The translations under genes were made by a program, and so were the position numbers. Shown here piece after piece: positions 10,020 through 21,626 of a DNA stretch of 33,000 bases (within the stretch, counting starts at the first letter, position 1; each line of letters opens with the position of its first letter). The notes under the pieces are model-generated. The model worked only from the letters and a program-made list of their open reading frames with translations. It did no database searches and was not told where the DNA came from. This DNA is from Heteronotia binoei (Eukaryota): contig NC_083230.1 in the NCBI RefSeq assembly GCF_032191835.1, positions 94,457,001 to 94,490,000 of the forward strand, read 5' to 3'.

Positions 10020-12378
10020 CACACCATTTATGTGAAAAGGGAAGGAAAGCCAAAGACTAGACCGTTCCTTAGTTTATTGGCAAGTCATAATCCAGAAGAC
10101 GGACATTTCAGACACTTCATCCATTTACTGGAGCAACTGGTAATCCAGGGGTTATTTGTCACTGGACCTGGACAATAGGCCATGTTTGTGAGGCAGAATT
10201 TGCCATTTTAGATTTTATATATTTGAACTGGTTTTTAACTGTTTGTCTTTTATGATGTGACCCACTCTGGGCCTGTTCTGCAGGAAGAACAGGATAAAAA
10301 TCGAATGAATGAATAAACCAATAAATAAAACGATAAAACAAACAAACAAACTGTATTGAATAGTGGCACTTATGCTTCTGGGTGGAAAGGTCAAGAATTC
10401 TGTCATGCTTGCTGTAAGAGGGTGTATGCCCCATGCTGTCTTTATTGGCCCTTCTGGTATTATACTTTACTGTTTTTCACTATGATATTGAGCCTGCATA
10501 CCATATGGGGTTGTCATCAGAGAGCTGCAGGGCTAAAGTGACACCCATGTTGATACCTCTACTCTAATGGCTATTGGCAATTTAATATTAAAAGTTCAAG
10601 GTCTATGTGAACAGTATGTATTTGACTTCTATGCTTGTTTCTTCTCTTTGTTCATTCTGAACCAAGTCTCCCTTATTCTACCCTTGTTTTCTTTCTTAAT
10701 GAATTGCCATAAAACCTACAGTCACATCTAAAGCCATAAAGGTTCCCTAAAGGTGTCGGGAAGGGAAGCTGGAAATGTGAAAAGAAAGGTCCACTTGAAC
10801 AGAATAAGGGCTGAAAAATGTCACTGCCACCTGTCTGCTGTTAGAGAACAAGATGTAAAGTGTCTGTCATAAAGCTATGGTATTACCTTCGCTCCCCCAC
10901 AATGCCAACACCCCTTTCCCCGGCCAAAGTATGCTGTTACAGTGGTGCATATGAAGGTGGTGAGGCAGGGAAAGGAAGTTGTACTAGAGCCCCTTGCCAG
11001 GCTTTTTGTACTCTGCTCTCTCCACAGAGAAGGATTGAGATCTATATCTGATGTGTATTGAGTTCCTACCGCTCAGAGAAAACAACCTGATATTGTTCAT
11101 ATGTGTACAGAAATTAAACATTGCCTACTGACTAGCATATAGACTAAGGGAGGAAGAACCTCGTTGGGGTGGGTCCAGAAGCAGCCAACTGGCTGCCGTC
11201 ATTCTGGGAGAGCACATGAAACTGAGTGCTACATGTTAAATTGCTTAATATGCGGAATATGATTCAGTGTGGAAGATACTCTTTCATGATCTTTTCCCCT
11301 GAAATGGTTTTATGAAACCCTAGTTGCAGAATACGACCTTGCGTGGGAGATACAGTTCCACGATGACCTCAGAAACCTTTTTTGCAAAAGTTTCACTTCC
11401 TTCCTCCGTGCAAGGACCAAATGCAGGGTCAGGTCAGGAGTTATCCATTGTACAATTGGAGTGGGTCTGCTTTTTGTCCTGTCCCCAGTTATCTGCAAGG
11501 CTGGCTGCCATTCCAATGTTTATTTTAATTGTAACATTCAACATCCCAAAGAGGAGTGGGAACTCAAGGGTATTTGGTTTTATTTTCTAACCATGCGTCA
11601 ATAAGTGAAAAATGTGTTTTAGGAATCCAGGCACTGCTGCCAGATGCCTATGGATTTATGAAGCGCTTGGAAACATACAGTATGTGATTTCCTGAGAGCT
11701 GTTCCTTTTTGCACAGCAACAGTGTTTGCTAGTTCTGGGAAACTGACAAAACGCTGAGGTCTTAATACTGACTTTTAATAAAGCGGCAGACATGCTTCAT
11801 GTAGCCTGATGGAGGCAGCTTGAATCCCCCCTATCTAAGAAAGATCAAAATGAGGGTGGGGGGAGTAAAGAAGGAATGCTTTTTTGTTTTTTAGGGCTTG
11901 ATGTAAGAAACTGGCAAGCTGCTCTTTTTGGAACAAATGTTTAATATGAAGTCTCTGCATCTCTGTATGTGACTTAAAAAAATATCCTACCAAGGAGGCT
12001 GTCAATATCAAAACACTGCTTTTGTTTCTCTAAATGGGTAGTTTTCAGACTTTCTACTTCCAAGGAACCCTTTTCACATCAACTTGCATGCCAAGGAATC
12101 TCTGTGTGTCTGCCACAGGACTTTGTGCATTGTATATGATTCTGATGCTTGTCACTTTATATGGAACTTAGTTCTCTGTTGTTTACCACTAAGATTTTTT
12201 TTAAAACCCTCCCTCCCTCCCTCCCTCCCAGAAGCTAAGATATTGCTCATGGATTACCCCACCATCGTTCTCACAACACCTTCATGATGTCGATTAGGCT
12301 AAGCAGGAGTGGCTAGCCCAAAGTCTCCCAGTGAGCTTCAGGGACTGGGGGGAAATCATAAATGTTGTCAGATCAGAA

Positions 12379-12660
12379 TTTTTCCACCTCCGTCAGATCA
12401 GGCCTCTCTCCTCGTGATTTGGCTGGAGTGATCCATGCAATGGTCACTTCCAGGCTGGACTACTGTAACTTGCTTTAGGCAGGGCTCATAGTTTCATCGT
12501 TCATGTCTAATGTAGGAGTGAAGCCTTGAGACTGACCCAGAAATTGCAGCTGATCCAGAATGCAGCTGCGTGTCTCCTTAGGGGAACATCATTGAAAGCC
12601 CATATATAACTGGTGTTCTGGCGGCTGCACTGGCTCCCAATTGAATTCTAGCTCAAGTTC
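12379..12660 (+). mobile_element. L2 (CR1 clade) LINE ORF2 reverse-transcriptase C-terminal relic
   Basis: Manual translation DLAGVIHAMVTSRLDYCNLL*AGL...LRLTQKLQLIQNAAACLL...RLHWLPIEF; SRLDYCN, LQLxQNAAAR and LHWLP are L2 ORF2 hallmarks. Contains stops and an insertion. Confidence 0.85.
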
Positions 12661-12686
12661 GATTTTAACCTTCAAAAACTATGCAG

Positions 12687-12835
12687 TCTGGGAAGTGGTG
12701 AACTCTCCTTCACTGGCAGTTTTCAGGCAGCAGCTGGACAAACACTTGTCAGGGATGGTCTAGGCTGATCCTGTTTTGAGCAGGGGGTTGGAAAAGATGG
12801 TCTGCATGGCCCCTTCCAACTCTATGATTCTATGA
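12687..12835 (+). mobile_element. CR1 LINE 3' end
   Basis: ggaagtggtgaactctccttcactgg...ggcagcagctggacaaacacttgtcagggatg...ccccttccaactctatgattctatga; ends in the CR1 (ATTCTATG)n octamer tail. Confidence 0.85.
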
Positions 12836-12989
12836 ACATACCTTCGGAACCAATTCTCCTGGTATATCCCTCAAACAGCTTAACGCTCTATGGACCAACA
12901 TCTTCTAATGATCTGTGGCCCAAGGGATATCTGCCTAACCTCAACCAGAGCCAAGGCTTTCTCAGCTCTGATGCTTCCAGACACTTCCC

Positions 12990-13198
12990 CCAACCCACCA
13001 GCACAGAGATGACTGGCAGGGGGGAATCCTGCCCCCAAAGAGCTCCATCATTGCCTGTTGTGCCTGGTGTGATGACATCACTTGGAAGTGACAGCATCGC
13101 ATTGGGCATACCACACAGGGACAATGTAGCATTTGGGTAAAAAAACTCTATGGTGCCATAGTCCCCCATGGGCAGCTAGGTAAGACCTGGCAATCCTA
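12990..13198 (-). mobile_element. Family E copy, internally deleted
   Basis: cccccaaagagctccat..., tttgggtaaaaaaactctatggtgccatag and ggtaagacctggcaatccta match 9668-10019 in reverse. Confidence 0.65.
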
Positions 13199-13249
13199 TC
13201 TGAAGGTGAATGAATTATTAGGGCTAGCCCTATTACTACTAGGATTTCT

Positions 13250-13631
13250 AACTCCCACTAGGGAAATGCCTGGAGATTTGGGGCATGGCCTGGTGAGGTA
13301 GTTTGAGAGGGCAGAGAGAATCTCAGTGGTGATGTGATCCCATAGTGTCTGCACTCTGAAGCTGTTGTTTCCTCATGGGGAACTGGTCTCTGTAGTCTGC
13401 AAATCAGCTTTAATTATGGGAAAAATCTAGGGCTGCCAGTTCTGGTCTGGGAAACACCTGGAGATTTTGGGGTTAGAGCCTGAGGAGGGTGGTGTTCGGA
13501 GAGAGGAGGGACTTCAGTGGGGTACAATACCATAGAGTCAGTCCACTTTCCAAAGCAGCCATTTTCTTCAGGCAAACTGATCTCTCGTCACCTGGAGATC
13601 TCCAGCCACCATCTGGAGGTTGGCAGTCCTA
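13250..13631 (+). mobile_element. Two adjacent family B-like MITE copies
   Basis: Degraded copy ~13250-13420, then a TIR-bounded copy tagggctgcca (13428) to tggcagtccta (13631). Confidence 0.65.
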
Positions 13632-14094
13632 CTTACCAGAGGTCTTTAATGGAGAAAGACTGGACCTGGGTCCTTACAAATGCAAACTGTGTGGTTTGCC
13701 ACTTTACTGAAGCTTCTCCAGTGTCCCTGGACAGCAGAGCTGAACAGTAAATGCTATCAAATTCAAAACAAACCTTTTGGAAACAATATACATTTCTTTC
13801 CCCACCCTTTAGCTCTACTTGGCAAGTAATGTTCTGATAATAGCGATAAGTTCAAGCAGTGTGGAAGTTGTTATCAACTAGGATGGGTTTTTTTTTTACA
13901 AGAATTTTAAAAATTCAAATGTACTTCAATATGGGAGCAGTAAAGCAAGCACCTTAGCTTATACTATTAACTGGGAGTGGATTTTGTTTAGGTGCCTTTT
14001 AATAACTTCTTGAAAGAATTGGGTTCAAACTTTTCCAACACATCTTGATTTCTACACCTCTGATCATACATGGTGCTTTTTTGCACCCATATAT

Positions 14095-14270
14095 CTTTCC
14101 AAGGTCAGTAAAATGAGTACCCAGCTTGCTGGGGATAAAAGTATAGATGGTTGGCAAAGGCAATGGCAAACTACCCCGTAAAACTCTGCCAAGAAAATGT
14201 CCTGATGTGATGTCACCCCATGGGTCAGTAATGACCCAGTGCTTGAGCAGGGAACTACCTTTACCTTTTT
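14095..14270 (+). mobile_element. Sauria-type SINE fragment
   Basis: aggtcagtaaaatgagtacccagcttgctgggg...aaggcaatggcaaactaccccgtaaa...ctacctttaccttt matches motifs I associate with Sauria SINE/BovB-partner elements. Confidence 0.6.
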
Positions 14271-14881
14271 ATATAGCTGATGCAGGAAAGCGCTATCCTT
14301 GACTTTAAAAGCATTGCTGTGTGGAAAACCCTGACTGTTCTCCCCCACCCCCACCCCACCCCCGCCCAAAGAAATGTCTAATGTAGGAGTGAAGCTATCC
14401 AAATGTGAGTAGCTTTCTCGGTGTTGTGCCAGGAATGTTGACAGAAGATCTGAGATTCAGAATATTTGAATGGATCTGGGAACTTTCTGATTCCTCAGGC
14501 CCATTAAGCTGTGATCAGGCTCACATTGCTTATGTACACATCGTCTTGAGCGCCAAATCATGTGTTATGAACTGTCATCTCAGATACATATGCGGAATGT
14601 GCAAAATAATTGTGTCTTTTCTCTCTAATTTTTGCCAGCTCTTTAAGATTAGGAATTTGAGTTCATGTTTTCACTATATCCCAGTTATCCTCTTGTGGAA
14701 CAGATGGGGGAGGGAGGCCTTCTATCAACAGTGGCTGAGAGCTGGCAGACGGGAATGTATTGAGAATCCTTATGGATTCATAATGAAGCAAGGATGCTCA
14801 TTTCATACTCTGGGCTACTGTGGTGTTTAGAAACCATGATTAGTGTTCAGGATGGGAACACAAAGAGTTACTTTAGGTGCA

Positions 14882-15085
14882 AGTAAGACCTAAGAGGCCT
14901 GATCTTATCAGATCTTGGAAGCCAAGCAGGGTCACCCCTAGTTATTTTTGGATGGGAGACAGCCAAGGAAGACCAGGGTCACTGTGCAGAGACAGACAAT
15001 GACAAAACCACCTCTTCTCTGCCTTGAAAATCCATATGGGGCCACCACAAGGCAGCTGTGATGTGATGGCACTTTTCTCCACCAC
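14882..15085 (+). mobile_element. 5S-rRNA-derived SINE
   Basis: cctgatcttatcagatcttggaagccaagcagggtc..cc.tagtta.ttttggatgggagac aligns to 5S rRNA (CCCGATCTCGTCTGATCTCGGAAGCTAAGCAGGGTCGGGCCTGGTTAGTACTTGGATGGGAGAC), followed by a non-5S tail. Confidence 0.8.
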
Positions 15086-15159
15086 CAAAGCTTAAGAGAA
15101 CCTTTGAACGGCAGACTCGCCTTCCATATTGCAATTTGCTTTTTCAAGTCTCCTCTGAT

Positions 15160-15353
15160 AAGGGCTGACAGCTCTGGCCTGAACATTTTGGGGGTACAGC
15201 CTGAGGACAGTGGGTTTTGGGGAGAGGAGGGACCTCAGTGGGGTACAATTAGAGTCCACCTTCCAAAGTGAGCATTTTCTCCAGGTGAACTGATCTCTGT
15301 TGCCTGGAAATCCCAAGAGATCTCCAGCCACCACCTAGAGATTGGCAACCCTA
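15160..15353 (+). mobile_element. Family B MITE
   Basis: Right TIR TTGGCAACCCTA; degenerate TSD CCTCTGAT (15152-15159) / CTTCTGTT (15354-15361), 6/8. Confidence 0.75.
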
Positions 15354-15429
15354 CTTCTGTTTCAAAAGAACCGAGGCCTGTGATCCTACTGTTTAAGAAA
15401 CAAGCTCAAAGTCCCCTTTCATAGTCTAA

Positions 15430-15471
15430 TTCTTTGGAGCACAGCTGGAGTTCTTTGGAGCACAGCTGGAG
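15430..15471. repeat. Exact 21-bp tandem duplication
   Basis: TTCTTTGGAGCACAGCTGGAG x2 (15430-15450, 15451-15471). Confidence 0.95.
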
Positions 15472-15988
15472 AAATATTCCATAAACCAAAGTACTGAGTG
15501 TTTGCGTTCTAACCCCTGCTTCTAGTTTTGCACTTACTTGATGCCTCTGTGCCAGTTACAATCCCACCCATCCCAGCTTCATCTCCATATTGATAGAAAT
15601 GGAAATATTTACTTTTATTCTAAGCAGCAGTTGCTTGTGCACTGATTTGCTGGAATGCCAGGGAATGAGGAAGGAGATGTGATTTTCTTACTGGTGGGAC
15701 TCTGCAGGTGATGAAGAAGGCAGAAGGGAGTCAGAAAAAGACAACAATCCTAGTACATGAAAAATCAGCCTAGCCTCCTCCTCATGCATGTATATATTAT
15801 GTGTAGAAAGTTTTTTTTTAATAAGCAGGAATTTTCACAGATGTGAACCTTGACCTGTAGTGTGAAGGAGTGTAGTCCAGAAACCACTCTTCTGCTTGTG
15901 AAAACTAAACAAAGGCAGCATAATCAGACAGTGACAAATGCAGGACAAATATTAAGATCTCCCTCGAATCCATGTTTAGACTGCATGA

Positions 15989-16192
15989 AGCCTTAGCTCA
16001 GCAGAAGAGCATTCGCTCAAAATGCTGAAGGTCTCAGCCAGATCCTGAGCATCTCCAGCTAAAAGGATTAGGTAGCAGATGATGCAAAAGTCTTCTGCCT
16101 GAGACCCTGGAGAGCCACTGCTGGTCAGAGTAGACAAGACTGACCTTGTTAAACCAATGGGCTGACTCAGTATAAGGCAGCTTCATAGGTTC
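15989..16192 (+). mobile_element. tRNA-Ala-derived SINE with L2-type tail
   Basis: ttagctcagcagaagagcatt.gc head; tail ctgactcagtataaggcagcttcat. Confidence 0.7.
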
Positions 16193-16793
16193 ACAGAACT
16201 GCTGTACCATTTGTTGTGCATGAGATTATGTTGCAGTAGATCAGGTTCCTGTGGTTCACTCAGGACATATCTACAGAGTCAGAAATATGCTGTTAACAAA
16301 GTAGGAGGTGGAAGACAGTGAACTGATGATGCATTGCTGAAGCCATTGGTCCTGGATCCATGTGCAAAACATCCTTTTCTAGCAGGCCGGTAGACATATT
16401 CATCTCCCATGTGTAAATATGAATGTTCCTGTTCTTTTTGTTTTAAAAAACAATAGCTCTCAAATACAAAGTGAAGGCCCACATTCACAGAAAGGTCACC
16501 TGCTTTGTAGACAAAGACACCGCGGTGTGCTCTAAACGGATTAGAATGATTCTTCAAAGTGGCTGAGTTAATTGGTGTTTTGTTGGAAAGATGGTGATGT
16601 GCCAGGAAGGGCTAAAGAACTAGAAGACAGAAAGAGAGGCTGTTTCTGAATGGAAAGAGGGTGGACGCTGCTTACTGGCAGATATAAATGGAGAGGTAGT
16701 TATTGTGACCTGTACTGGCATCAGGTGCCACCTCTGCCTGTTTTGTTGTATGGCCAGTTAATAGAGGGGTGGAGGGTGTCCAAAGGCAGTGCA

Positions 16794-17035
16794 TAGGTTT
16801 ACCAGGTTCCCCATGGCCTCTGGTGGGGGGTGAAGGTACAACTGCCAGATCCAGGTTGGAAAACTAGAGATTTGGGGATGGAGCCTGAGGAGGCCAGATT
16901 CCTCATTGAGGTACAATTTGATAGGGTCCATCCTCTAAAGCAGTCATTTTCTCCAGGGGAACTGATCTCTGTAGTCTGGTGATGGATCATAATTCTGGGG
17001 GATCCCCTGGTCCCACCTGGAGTTTGGCATCCCTA
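16794..17035 (+). mobile_element. Family B MITE (242 bp)
   Basis: TIRs TAGGTTTACCA / TGGCATCCCTA; perfect TSD GCAGTGCA (16786-16793, 17036-17043). Confidence 0.9.
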
Positions 17036-17677
17036 GCAGTGCAGAAATCACCATGTAAACTTGACAGTTATGAATTTCTCTAATAGTGTCATAAGGACAT
17101 ACTTCATAGCATTCACATGGTAATGTTCTTGTGACTTTCTCTTTGGTTAGAAGAAGCCTCGTGCTCCCAGGAAATGACCCCCCCCCCCAAAAAAAACACA
17201 ATGTCTCGTTTCAAGTAACAGTGTTAATGTTCAGGAAGGGATTTTTTTTAAAAGAATGACCAAAAATGTGCTTTTAGGAGAATTAAATAGATAGTATAGC
17301 ACAAGAGCCAATAATTTAATTCTAATAACTGGATAAATAGAGGCTTTTATTTGGTTTTTAAAAAGATTGTTTCACATTTTAGACTGTGCAACAGCAATTT
17401 TGAAAAACCTTTCAGTTTGGGGGCATGATTCTTGTGAAGGCTCAGCTAGGGTTGCTGGAGACCTCCCACTAACTCCCACTTTCTACCACTATTTCATTGA
17501 CTAGCAGGAGGAAAAATAATTTCCATTATTATTTACGGTATGTATTAATTATTTATAGGGATGGACTCAACCAGGCCTCAGATTCAGTGGGAGCTCACAG
17601 GAGCGCAGCTCCTGAACCTTTCTGAGAGTTCCTCCTCCTCCTTCTGAGAGTTCCATATGGACTCCATACCCAGTTTG

Positions 17678-17925
17678 GCGCTAGATGCTATACTGAAAAT
17701 TTGGTGCCTCTACCCCAAAAAACAGCCCCCCCAGAGCCCCAGATACCCGCGGATCAATTCTCCATGATTTTCTATGGGAATAAATCTCCATAGGGAATAA
17801 CAGAGTTCCCAGCAGACATTTCCCTCCCCTCCCCCCCCCCCGCTTTCTGATGACCCTGAAGCGGGGGGGGGGAGGGCCTCCAAACCAGGGGATCCCCTGC
17901 CGCCACCTGGGGTTTGGCAACCCTA
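17678..17925. mobile_element. Family A MITE, truncated (right half)
   Basis: High identity to the right half of the 19877-20388 copy; ends TTGGCAACCCTA; no left TIR or TSD. Confidence 0.85.
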
Positions 17926-18221
17926 GTAACAAGAAAGTTGATGAATCAGATGCAGCTGGTAGAAGGTCACCATGCCATCTTGCTTTTTATACCTCAAGGC
18001 AAGGTTCAGGAACCCCCCTCCCCCATGCTCTTGACCTGGTCTGAAAAGCTAACATTGGTGCAATGGTATAACATCATTTCTGGGAGGGAAACCTGAAGTG
18101 ATGTCATGCTGCTCTAAAAATCACCAAAAAAAATCTATGGTACCAAAAGTGCAAGCCCTAGGTAAGTAGCATACAGATGGCTCCTTTTCCTTGCTTTTGG
18201 TCCTTCAATTTGAGATAGCAA

Positions 18222-18411
18222 CAGGGCTTTTTTGGAGCAGGAACGCACAGGAATGCTTGGTGTTAGGAGGTGTGGCCTAACATGCAAATAAGTTCCTGTT
18301 GAGCGTTTTATATGAAAGGCCCCGTGTAAAACAATGGTGATGTCAGGGGTGTGTGGCCTAATATGCAAATAAGTTCCTGCTGGACTTTCTCTTTAAAAAA
18401 ATCCAGTCCTG
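18222..18411. mobile_element. Family D hAT MITE (CAGGGCTT-type TIR)
   Basis: Starts CAGGGCTTTTTT, ends ...CCAGTCCTG; TSD GATAGCAA (18214-18221) / GATAGCAT (18412-18419); two internal gtgtggcctaaYatgcaaat repeats. Confidence 0.7.
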
Positions 18412-19664
18412 GATAGCATACATTTTATTGAAAAGGCCGGACCCCTGAAACTGTGGGTCAGGCCCTCAAATTTTTCTACCTCACAAGCATTAACTGGAAG
18501 AGGAGAGTACAGTCTATGTGTAATGTTATTCTGTCTTTCCTTCTAAAGTGGTGTACAGAGCCCTCCCTATTTTATCATCACAATACCTTTATTAGGCAAA
18601 TTAGACGGAGAGTGTGACTAGCCAAAGATTGTCACCCAGGGAATCTTAGAGACATAATATGAAGCTGGGTCTCCCTTCTGTAGCCTGATATGCGACATTC
18701 ATTCTTCGTTCCTCACCACATAGACCACCCTGAGCTCCTTGGGTGAAGGGTGTGGTAAACATGCAATTAATGTTAATCTAGTTGGTAATATGCCTCACCT
18801 ATTTTTCCTCTGCATGAGTATAGACAGCATTTTCTTTATCATCCTACCCTGTCCAGAAGCTTGACTTTTACTTCCAAAGGCCAGCTATTTGATCCCAATA
18901 AAATCGAGGGAGGAACTCTTGAAAAGGACTGCTGACTTTTTTTCAGCTCAGCCACTGCAAATTTCCAATTTATATATTTTTAAAACGTGTTAAGTGTCAT
19001 GCAGTAACCTTACTATAAACAAACATATAAAAATGCTAGGAATGCCGACTCAACCTCAACCACAGAATTATATAACTCTGCCTATACCTTGCCTTAGCTT
19101 GGTGGTGAGTGAATATGCATGAGACAGCAACATACAGATTTGTTTTAATTTCTTCTCTGGACCCTCCTGAGATCTCTTTAAACATTAACCTGATAAAACC
19201 AACTAAATGGTAAAAGAAAAAAAAATGTCATTGAGATATGTGGAACTAGAATTAGGCCATATAGGCTTTAAAAGCTGAACTAAGACCTTACAGTCTTTTG
19301 CAGAATATGCTCAGGTTTATGTTTTAATAAGTCTTCAAGGAGGGCTGCCTGTTCTCCTCCATGACTGTCATTGGATTCCCAGACAACAGAGATCAGTTCC
19401 TCTGAAGGAGATATAGGGTTTTAATGCTATTGATGACATCTGGAGGGGCTTATGTCAATATTTTGTGGAACAGAATTCTCAAAAAAAATTTGTGCACTCA
19501 CTGAAGGATATTGGTCATATTTATATTTGTTTGATACTGTTACTATTTGACATTATTACTGGTAAAAATTTTCATTACATCTTGAGTGTTCATAATAATT
19601 GGGGGTTATAATAATTGATTTGGTATTTCCTTGCATGCTCTGTACGTAACCTTCCTCCCCTTGT

Positions 19665-19875
19665 TTTAGCCTTCAGGTGGGGCCTGGAGATCTCCCGCTT
19701 TTACAGCTGATCTCCAACTGGCATAGATCAGCTCCCCTAGAGAAAATGGCTGCTTTGAAGGGTGTACTCTATGGCACTGTATCATGCTGAGGCCCCTCCC
19801 CACCCCAAACCCCATCCTTTCCCAGATCCACCTCCAAAGTCTCCAAGTATTTCCCAATACCAACCTGGCACCCTA
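19665..19875 (-). mobile_element. Family B MITE
   Basis: Canonical body in reverse; ends tggcacccta. Confidence 0.75.
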
Positions 19876-19876
19876 A

Positions 19877-20388
19877 TAGGGTTGCCAAGTCCAATTCAAG
19901 AAATATCTGGGGACTTAGGGGGTGGAGCCAGGAGACTTTGAAGGTGGAGCCAAGATCAAGGCTGTGACAAGCATAATTGAACTCCAAAGGGAGTTGTGGC
20001 CATCACATTTAAAGGGACGGCACACCTTTTCAATTCCTTCCTTCCATAGGAAATAATGAAGGCTACGGGCACCTTCTTTTGGGGCTCATAGAATTGAACC
20101 CCCTGGTCCAATCTTTTTGAAACTTGGGGGGGTATTTTGGGGAGAGGCACTAGATGCTATACTGAACATTTGGTGCCTCTGCCCCAAAGAACAGCCCCCC
20201 CCCGAGCCCCAGATGCCCGCAGATCAATTCTCCATGATTTTCTATGGGCATAAATCTCCATAGGAAATAATAGAGTTCCCAGCAGACATTTCCCCCCCCC
20301 CTCCCTCTGCTTTCTGATGACCCTGAAGCGGGGGGAGGGCCTCCAAACCGGGGGATCCCCTGCCCCCACCTGGGTATTGGCAACCCTA
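19877..20388. mobile_element. Family A hAT MITE (512 bp)
   Basis: Perfect TIRs; perfect TSD CACCCTAA (19869-19876, 20389-20396). Confidence 0.95.
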
Positions 20389-20399
20389 CACCCTAAGGA

Positions 20400-20531
20400 G
20401 ATGGAAGCTTTGGAGGGTAAACTCTATGGCATCACATCCCCTCTAAGCTCCCTTCCCTCCTCAGACTCCACCCTCCCCAGGCTCTGTCCCCAAATCTCCA
20501 GGAATTTTTCAACTTGGAGCTGGCAATCCTA
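20400..20531 (-). mobile_element. Family B MITE, partial
   Basis: gctttggagggt.aactctatggcat...ccaaatctccaggaattt...tggcaatccta. Confidence 0.65.
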
Positions 20532-21503
20532 TAAAGGAGGTAAAGTAACTACATTGCTCTCTTTGTCCATGCTGAGAGATTTGGATGGCCCTGCCAGTAG
20601 GCAAACTAGGCAATCGGCTAGGGTGCCAGCCTTCTGGGGGCGCCGAAATGGGCGCTCCCCATGTGACTCAGTGATGTTATCAGTGCGGGGGTGCAAGTGC
20701 CAGAAGTTAGCCTTGTCTAGTGTGCCAGACAGTCTAGGGCCGGCCCTGTATAAGTGGACACACTCATTTAATCAGTGAAGTCATTGAACAAGGTAAGGAA
20801 GTCTGTCTCAGATGTCGTTTAAACCACAAAGATTCAGGATTGCAGTTTCAAACTGAGCAAGGGCACTTTTGTGAATTCTTAAAATCTGTGAAAGTAAAGA
20901 GTTGTGGACTTTGTTTGACTTCCCCTTCCTGTATTTATGGCTATTGTCTGCTGAGAGGTCCAGATACCTGACTTGCCCCAAGCTTGTTATTGTTGGGGGC
21001 CAACTTGGGATCCAAACAGCAGAGCTGGGAAATGGATTTTGTGGCAACAATGTGAGAAAAGCCCAGGGCATAAAAGCAGCAGCGGAGAAATGCAGTGGCT
21101 CATTGTGTCAGCTTCTTGAAGCCTCTGCTGGCCTAGCTCTCATGGAAAATAGAACTTTGCTTCCCTCTGGATGAATTCCCAGTGGGCCCTGGTGGGCATC
21201 AGCTGGCGCAGTTTGTATGCCTCCGTCCCATGTACTAATTAATTCTCCAAACACCCTTGTGTGATAAAGAGTTATTATAAGAACTCAGTTCTTTTTTGAA
21301 GCTGGAAAACATACTTGTAAATGAGTGCTTTCGGTTTTGAGCTCAGTGAGACCTGACCAGTATACCGCTGTTATCAAGCCATCAGCAGATTGCTGACTAG
21401 CTGGCTTGAGACTGGAATCTATTTTGGTTAACATACCCATTAGATAGACTGCATGCAACTCAAATGCAGTTCATATATCTTTGTAACCAAGCTTCCTATT
21501 TAG

Positions 21504-21626
21504 CGTAAGAACCTCAGAGCAGCCATGCTACATCCAGCCTCCTGTTTCACACAGCGGCCATCCAGATGCCCCTGGACAGCTTGTCAACAGGCCAAAGCCT
21601 CCCCCTGTTGCTGTCCCCCAAAACTG
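21504..21626 (+). CDS. Candidate internal coding exon (unidentified, Pro-rich)
   Basis: Acceptor gcttcctatttag|C, donor CTG|gtaata, 123 nt, phase 2-2, open frame VRTSEQPCYIQPPVSHSGHPDAPGQLVNRPKPPPVAVPQN. No homolog recognised. Confidence 0.2.

Noticed and set aside
14890-14965. 5S rRNA gene
   Set aside because: Partial and diverged, lacks 5S termini, and is fused to a LINE-type tail in several dispersed copies; SINE-derived.
20317-20778. 153-aa ORF, the longest in the track
   Set aside because: It runs through the end of a family A MITE and a family B MITE; no recognisable domain.
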